Shown piece by piece: positions 62,941 to 64,000 of a stretch of DNA of 64,000 bases. The notes beneath the pieces were generated by a model. That model ran no database searches, was not told the DNA's origin, and saw only the letters and a program-made list of their open reading frames with translations. A program made the position numbers and the translations under genes. Positions within the stretch are counted from its first letter, which is position 1, and each line of letters starts with the position of its first letter. The DNA is taken from the NCBI RefSeq assembly GCF_004010195.1, contig NC_057718.1, forward strand, positions 9,930,872-9,994,871. Direction: 5' to 3'. Origin of the DNA: Chiloscyllium plagiosum (lineage: Eukaryota).

Positions 62941-64000
62941 TTGTTACCTCCAATGTGGCCTTACCAATTTGCCTGGACTTTCCTGACCAACCCAGCTTCT
63001 TTCTTTGCCTGGTGACTGACCCTTTGCCACTCCAGCCGAGTGTATCTGGACAGAGGCAGAGGAAAAGGACATGTCCAGTTAGCATCGGTCGTTTCACATC
63101 ACAGTATCTCTTAGTTACCTCAGACCTGTCTTCTGTAGGACTTTCTCATTGGTGACCCTGTGCCACTGTGTGATGCCCAGGGTCTTGTGTTGGCATTACT
63201 CATGCAACATCTAAAACTTCAGTGGCACCTTTGCTGTCTCCTTAGAATCAATGAATCTCAACAGTACAGGTAGAGGCCATTTGGCCTAACAAGTCTGCAC
63301 TGACCCTCTGAAAAACATTGCATCTCCAGTTAGTTTTTGAGAAAATTTGGCACTCAGAGGTGCTACCTGTCAGATTGAGATTAAACCAGGGCTGTACCTC
63401 GCCACCTGAAGAGGAGGAGGGAATTTTCCCAGCCTATATTTAATCCCACAGTCACATCACAAAAAAATAGATTAGGTAGCCATTATCACTTCAGTCTTTG
63501 TGTGTGTAGATTGGCTGCTGTGTTTCCCATAGGATGCGTATCTCATGGGTTGCAAAGAGTTTTTGAGATTTCTTGCAGTCGTAAAAAGCTCAATTTCAAT
63601 GCCCAAGGCATTTAGTTCTAACCCTCAGTGAAACCAAGAAATTCTCACAGCCTGAAGGAATGAGCATAACAAAGGATATGGGAGTAGAATTAGGCCATTA
63701 TGCCCATCCAATCTCACTGCCATTCAGATGAATCTGGTAAATCTCCATTTCCCTGCCTATTCCCTATATCCTGTGATTTCTGTCTCTAATACCAGTAGAA
63801 CTTTCCTGAGATCATGGGCCCAAAATTGTTTACAGTATTCTAATTGTGGTCTGACGAGTGCCTTATGTGGAATTTGCAATGCTCTGCCACTTGCAGGGAG
63901 ATTTGTTTTGGATTTCCTCATTCATCAATGGAGTGAAATACCAGCCAACACTCCTTCCCATTTGTGAAGCTGCTTCCCCAATGTTTAGAGTTGCTTTCTA

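Noticed and set aside
1..64000. Remaining short six-frame ORFs
   Set aside because: They are translations of CR1/SINE/PLE fragments or chance ORFs with no splice or homology support.

Overview
Vertebrate, repeat-rich genomic DNA, very probably from a shark (inferred from HE1/V-SINE-type SINEs with (TCTAA)n tails and abundant CR1 LINEs). It contains two assembly gaps. Most of the window looks like large introns in the 5' region of an NHS-family gene, most likely NHSL1, on the + strand. Two alternative first coding exons are recognisable: MKKD...RLFRSDGEL...DDENW at 44996-45203 and the micro-exon MFCLK at 60225-60240. Both end in phase-1 GT donors and each start codon is overlapped by a short upstream ORF. 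The rest is mostly CR1, Rex1/Babar and other LINE fragments, several SINE families and many Penelope-like element (PLE) insertions. The PLE system is the most interesting signal. At least two PLE families carry minimal hammerhead-ribozyme motifs and occur as non-coding fold-back mini-elements, mostly with 14-16 bp target-site duplications (TSDs). One insertion carries about 0.9 kb of apparently captured host DNA, and another preserves a snap-back copy of its own target site. A young CR1 is flanked by an unusual 323-bp duplication. Repeat boundaries were read by eye and are approximate, whereas TSD, exon and ribozyme coordinates were counted.
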